From Reclinomonas americana ATCC 50394 (taxonomy: Eukaryota), in assembly GCA_048213135.1 (NCBI GenBank), contig PS015097.1:134679-198678 (forward strand): a DNA stretch of 64,000 nt. The letters run 5' to 3'. The position numbers and the translations under genes are program-made. Positions 56,157 through 64,000 of the stretch are shown here, one piece after another. The stretch's first letter is position 1. Every line of letters begins with the position of its first letter. Below the pieces are notes generated by a model that saw only the letters and a list, made by a program, of their open reading frames with translations, did not search any database and was not told the DNA's origin.

Positions 56157-56535
56157 GATGTGAACTCAAATATGCGAGTGTGTGCGCTGTGCTCAGTATA
56201 GAATTCGAACTGAGTGGAAACAGCAGTCGTGGTGATCAGAAACACGCCACCGACTGTTGTTTACTGGATGTTGTCTGTCCATTTGCCGGGAACGTTTTGA
56301 TCATGATCCCTGCAACAAGCGCCTCTTCAGTGACGACTCGGCGACTGTTGTGCATCGGTGCATAAGATAGACGCTGCGCTGCGCTCACGAATTCTGTGCA
56401 CTCGGAGGATACACGCTGCGCGCTTACATACATACAGACGTCTACAGACCGGTCGACTGCACACACGCGCAAGAAAGAGCTGCACTGCAAGCAGTTTAGA
56501 AGAATGGTGTGTGTGTGTGTGTGTGTGTGTACCAA

Positions 56536-57267
56536 ATGTTTACGCACAACAACTCTCTACAGTGCGTGCTTGTCGTGCTGCTTGTGATGTTTCTTGTGGT
56601 GTGCCTGCAGACAGACGTATATCTATATACTAGAACGTATACTCACTCGCGCTGTCAGGCATTCCTGTACCGCTCCTCTCGCCGCGAGCGGGTTGCATCT
56701 CAAAACGATGTCCCTATCGAGTTTGATCAACTCGTCGTCACTGTATCGGAGACACCAACACGGTGTAGGTGCACAGTGGAGGCGACAGTGCAAGCAGTGC
56801 AGGAAGTGCTCGAATCACGCGCCCCGCTCCTTCCAGCAGAGGCGCACAACATTGCCGTGACCGCGGTCGACGCACTTGAGTCGGTCAGCTACAAGCGATT
56901 CTGCTTCTACATCGAGAGTGATATTGCCGAGCTCACGGTGTTGGCTCTCGAGTGCTCTCGTGACGACGTCGTTGAGGATCAAGCTGCTGAATCTGCGGCG
57001 GCGGCAGGCATGCAAACTGGGGTTGTGCATGTCTCAGTGGTCCAGGTCACTGGCACAGCAGAGTTACCAGTGCCACAGACCCAAGTGATCGTCAAGCGCA
57101 CGAAGACCAAGCGAATACTGGGCATCAAGGTCAAGCGCAGTCACCATCAGCGCGTCGAGTATCACGCTCGCAAGCTGACAGCCTCCGAGACCGAGCAAGT
57201 GCTGCGCTTGATCCTGGCGCGTTGTGCACAGGCCCATCCGGACCTTGAGTTGATGCCGGCGCCGTAG
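56536..57267 (+). CDS. Uncharacterised secreted protein of about 230 aa
   Basis: Signal-like MFTHNNSLQCVLVVLLVMFLVVCLQTD/A, a probable in-frame 42-nt intron at 56617-56658, then a long open frame to 57267. Confidence 0.7.
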   Translation: MFTHNNSLQCVLVVLLVMFLVVCLQTDVYLYTRTYTHSRCQAFLYRSSRRERVASQNDVPIEFDQLVVTVSETPTRCRCTVEATVQAVQEVLESRAPLLPAEAHNIAVTAVDALESVSYKRFCFYIESDIAELTVLALECSRDDVVEDQAAESAAAAGMQTGVVHVSVVQVTGTAELPVPQTQVIVKRTKTKRILGIKVKRSHHQRVEYHARKLTASETEQVLRLILARCAQAHPDLELMPAP

Positions 57268-58243
57268 TCAGTGGTGGCCATGGGCTAAACAGATCAAAGA
57301 CTGTAGATTGAGAGTGTTTTGTCGCAGTCTAGTAGTGTTCGCAGCATCTTGATCTATTCGGAAAAAAGCCAATGTAACTTCATGATCATACGAGCTCCTG
57401 AGGTATTTTGCTGTCATTGTACTGAGATCTTGAATCTGGCAATGTGGACTAGTACTGCAGTGTACGATGTAGGCGACTCATACACGTCGGTGATGTACAA
57501 CTCTGTAAGTGTGCAGGTGCCTACGTTATTGGCGATCACAACAAAAGGCATCGTACAGCAAGCCAGGAAGAAGAATACCTTAGCAGTGACCACAGTACTA
57601 GTAGACTTGCTCAGCTACCTGAGAGTCGACGAAAGCACCACACTTCCGCAAGGCCTTCCAGCCAGCAATGTGGCTCTTGGAGTAGAAGTGTGACATCGCA
57701 GGCAAAAAGCAAGAGGCAAGGGAAANNNNNNNNNNNNNNNNNNNNNNNNNNNNNNNNNNNNNNNNNNNNNNNNNNNNNNNNNNNNNNNNNNNNNNNNNNN
57801 NNNNNNNNNNNNNNNNNNNNNNNNNNNNNNNNNNNNNNNNNNNNNNNNNNNNNNNNNNNNNNNNNNNNNNNNNNNNNNNNNNNNNNNNNNNNNNNNNNNN
57901 NNNNNNNNNNNNNNNNNNNNNNNNNNNNNNNNNNNNNNNNNNNNNNNNNNNNNNNNNNNNNNNNNNNNNNNNNNNNNNNNNNNNNNNNNNNNNNNNNNNN
58001 NNNNNNNNNNNNNNNNNNNNNNNNNNNNNNNNNNNNNNNNNNNNNNNNNNNNNNNNNNNNNNNNNNNNNNNNNNNNNNNNNNNNNNNNNNNNNNNNNNNN
58101 NNNNNNNNNNNNNNNNNNNNNNNNNNNNNNNNNNNNNNNNNNNNNNNNNNNNNNNNNNNNNNNNNNNNNNNNNNNNNNNNNNNNNNNNNNNNNNNNNNNN
58201 NNNNNNNNNNNNNNNNNNNNNNNNNNNNNNNNNNNNNNNNNNN

Positions 58244-60522
<2,279 letters not shown>

Positions 60523-60631
60523 CCTCACGTGCGTAACACACGCTAACTAAACGACAGAAAGAGCGGAGAGACGAGGGGACCGCAGCGGTTCAGGACACGC
60601 TGCGAAGCACGATCACTTTTCGTTCTAAACG

Positions 60632-63600
60632 ATGCCTTGCCGCGACGACCATCGTGCAAGGCACTGCCTTTACCACCGCACCTCCCCCTATCAACATCAC
60701 CACCACAACCGCCGTCACTGGTCATTACTCTCACTCACCCTCCTGCTGACGGTGCTGCTAGTCGCCAGTCACTCCTCTGCTTCCGCCTCCACCTCCACCC
60801 CCCCACACAGCGTGTTTCTCAAGTCACGCGCATTCGAGGCCACACAGACGGACGCGCGAGTGGCACTGCACCATCCCACGCAAGTGGTGAGTATATGAGA
60901 GAGAGAGAGATAATGTGTGTGTGACAGAGAGCCAACGGCAAGTTCGGGTATTTCTCGCTCTTTCTCCTTCTCTCTCTCCCTCTCAGTCGTCATGCAGCTC
61001 CCCACATACACATACACACATCCTTACCTTCCCTATCTCCCTCTCACCTTCCCTCTCATTCTCTCATCATCCAATCACAATCATGTCCGAATCCGACTGC
61101 TGATGATGACTCGCAGTCCTTGTACCTCGTCACCGCCGACACGACCGAGGAGTCGCGTATTCAGTCGCACGTGCACGACGCCGGCACAGTGGAGACATGG
61201 CAGCGGTATCAGCGGGCACTTGATCAGCTCACGCGTCACGTGGCGGTGCACGACACGCAGGAGTGCCAGGTGGACTCACTGCTGGTGGCGCTGGCCTACG
61301 TGCCACAGCATACACGGATAGTGGCGTGCTCGGCTCGCACCGCACAGCAGCTGGCCTCGTTTGCGTCGGTGTCGGTGATGGAGTGGAGAGATCGGCTGTC
61401 GCGAGGTCTGTTGCGGCGGCTGGACGCCGACAGCGCCGACGCCTCGGCCGCTCTGCTGTGGGTCACGCTGGCCGAGGGAGTGCCTGCGGCGTGTCACGCG
61501 CATGTTGCCACTCCAGCGGTGACGCACAGCTTTACGCCACGGCGCGCCGATGCACCTGCCTCGTCGCTGTCGCTGCGTGATTTGGTCGCCGACGATTTGC
61601 TGGCGGTGCTGCCACACGGCGCCACCATCGTGGATACCACGCTGTCGGCGATCAGCGCATCAGCATCGCGAGTGCTCGTGTCGTGTTCGGCGTCGGCAAT
61701 GGCGGCTTGTGTTCGCCGTCTCGCCGAGCACCCGCTGGTGTTGTATGTGGAGGAGGATCCGCAGCTGCGCCTGTTCAACGCGGCTGCGTCGTCTCGCATC
61801 CAGGGCGGCGGCACAACGACGACCACCATCCCGTTCTACGATCATGGGATCACCGGTGTGAATGAGATTGTGGGCTGTGCGGATTCCGGCATTGATTACG
61901 ACTCGGCCTATTTCCGCGACTCGTTCAGCGACCCCGCCAGCCCGCTGTTCTCCACCAGTGGGACATCGGTGGACTCGAGTGCCCGCAAAATCATTGCGTA
62001 CCAGTTGCGTCTCTGCATCGTGCCCCCGCTGCGAGCGAGACGGCGGATCTCATTGACTGTGCAGAGTGTTTGCCGATCGACTGGACGACGGTGATGTCGG
62101 CCACGGCACACACGTCTCCTGCACTCTTGTCGGCAGTCCCGTCGGCGGAACAACAGCCTCGTGGGCTTTTCAGTATCACGGTGTCGCGTATGGAGCCAAG
62201 ATGTTTTTCCAGGACGTGGGCTTCAGCAGCGGCGAGGCGAGTGAAGTGTTGCCGGAGAAGAGTGAGTGTGTCGATCACTCATCCGCGCGTCCACAGAGTC
62301 TTGCCGTTCCGCTAGATTCGAGTACCCTGTTTACGGCACCCTACAATGCTGGTGCTCGTGTTCACTCGAATTCATGGGTATGTGTTTCCCACAACGCTGA
62401 ATGTGTGTGGCTCGGTTGTCGTTATTCATTCGTGGTTTGCGCGTGTTGCAGGGATCCTCCGACCAGGAGTACTCGTCCATTAGTTCCACTCTCGACAATT
62501 TTGTGTGGAATCACCCCACCTTCCTGCCCGTTGTGGCGGCCGGCAACAGTGGCCTATCGGGTGCTTCCACCATTGCCATGCCCGGCAGCGCCAAGAACTG
62601 CTTGAGTGCGTTGTTTTTCCCTTCCTCGCAATGGCTTTTGTTTCCTGAATCCTCGCCCCCTTGCCCAAAAACAACGCGCAGCTGTTGGAGCCGCGGAGAA
62701 CTCGTACCTCTACGTTGATGGTGTGACACCGCTGGTGGGCTCACAGACGCTGTCCACGGCCACCTCGCTGCCGATCGGCAAGGGCATTTTTGTTACTCCG
62801 ACTTCGGGTGCGTGCTCGCGCGCGTCACGCTTGCTTCTTTCTGCTCAACGCTCATCACACATCATGTGCAGGTTGTGTGACAATCTCTGGAGCCAAGGGT
62901 CGCATCGTGTTCCTCTCCGAAGGCGACTGCACACTGCGCCAGAAAACGGCGACGGCCAAGGCTGCTGGTGTCGCAGTTACGAGAGGCTGCTGCTGCTGCT
63001 TAGACTCTGCCTCGTACTCACGAGATATTGTGATGCGCAGGGCGTTGTCATCCTCAGCAGTTCTCTCAGTTTTGGCAGCGAGGATCTCTCCGATTTGCAG
63101 CTGCCGGTTGTGCTCGTGCAAGACAGTGTGACACTGCGATCGGCCGTGGCCGAGAATCGCGACATTTCGATTGTTGCTCGTACGTCACTGCCCATTCAAC
63201 GTTTCCTGTTTTTTCGATTACTCACATGCCTGTTTCCACCACAGGTGGCCTCTTGTTGTATGGCGTGTCGGCTGTGAATCCGAGTGCCGTGGCGTCGTTT
63301 TCGAGTCGAGGCCCGACATTCGATGGTCGTCTCAAACCAGAAGTCCTTGGTCCCGGTCGCTACGTGGTCAGCGCCGACAGCGATGGTGCTATTGATATGT
63401 CGTCGCCGGGCTCGGTGGCAGTCAAGGGTCTCGAGGGAACCTCCATGGCCACACCCGGTACGCTCCTCGTGGCCTGGATGCATGCGTGCATGTGTGCGTG
63501 CATGCTGACTTGTGCTGCAGTGGTCGCTGGCGCCGTGACACTCATGCGGCAGTACTTCCGCGACGGTTGGTATCCAAGTGGCGCGCCGCAGGCTTCCGAT

Positions 63601-64000
63601 TCTCGCGTTCCGTCGGCTGCGCTCCTCAAGGCACTGGTGGTGGCCGGTGCACAGCCACTCTCCGGCGCCAATTCCGGAGGTATGTTGTGTTTGATCAGCA
63701 ACCGGGAGGGAGAGAGTCTCCTGGTCGCTGATGCAATTTGTCGCTGGTTGATAGGGTCCGTGCCAAACACCACACAAGGCCACGGTATCCTGCAACTCGA
63801 TCGCGTCCTGCCGTTTGCCGACAGCAACCCCGACTTTTCGCTGCTGGTCTTCGACTCCAACACGATTACGGCGAACTCTGAACAGTCTCAGTGTTTCGAT
63901 GTCAGCAACTCGGGCGTCTATCTTGCGGTGTGTATATGGATGTCCCTGTCTCACTCCTTTCATCTTGCCTGGCACCTCCCGCTTATCGCGCGCGCACCAG
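60632..64000 (+). CDS. Secreted subtilisin-like S8 serine protease (Kp43/TagC-like) with PA-domain insert; 3' end lies beyond the window
   Basis: Hydrophobic leader; GCADSGID (Asp); GHGTHVSCT (His); GARVHSNSWG; VVAAGNSG; PGSAKNCL; FSSRGPTFDGRLKPEV; GTSMATP (Ser); RQYFRDGWYP; PSAALLKAL; QGHG. Confidence 0.93.

Noticed and set aside
57319-57693. 124-aa plus-strand ORF
   Set aside because: It starts at TTG and has no recognisable motif. It may be the opposite strand of the retrotransposon 3' region, but the gap prevents a call.

Overview
Gene-dense, intron-rich nuclear DNA from a flagellated, mitochondriate unicellular eukaryote (draft assembly with N gaps at about 1310-1329, 42479-42745, 57725-58243 and 59537-60379, and abundant CA/CT microsatellites). 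I could splice about 30 protein-coding genes by hand. They include the ciliary genes DNAAF2/kintoun, ARMC9, TTC8/BBS8 and CEP41, the mitochondrial genes SUCLG1, F1 delta and F1 beta, and also NMT, EXOC5/Sec10, MAGOH, RPS16, ATG10, TMEM167B, a GH31 glycosidase, a double TALE homeodomain factor, a YqiA-like esterase and an S8 protease. The window also holds a decayed non-LTR retrotransposon and a candidate intronic snoRNA. The most striking pattern is a second, frequent class of 5' splice site, GTT(G/T)CG(T/C), which looks like the usual GTGCGT/GTGAGT donor shifted by one inserted T. It occurs at more than 25 junctions, many fixed by protein conservation. Other highlights are 6- and 14-nt microexons in mago nashi, very short head-to-head promoters (some with CRE-type palindromes), and a lower-GC island with a divergent pair of uncharacterised genes that share a C-terminal sequence pattern. 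Exon boundaries and family assignments come from manual reading and recalled family motifs, not from searches.
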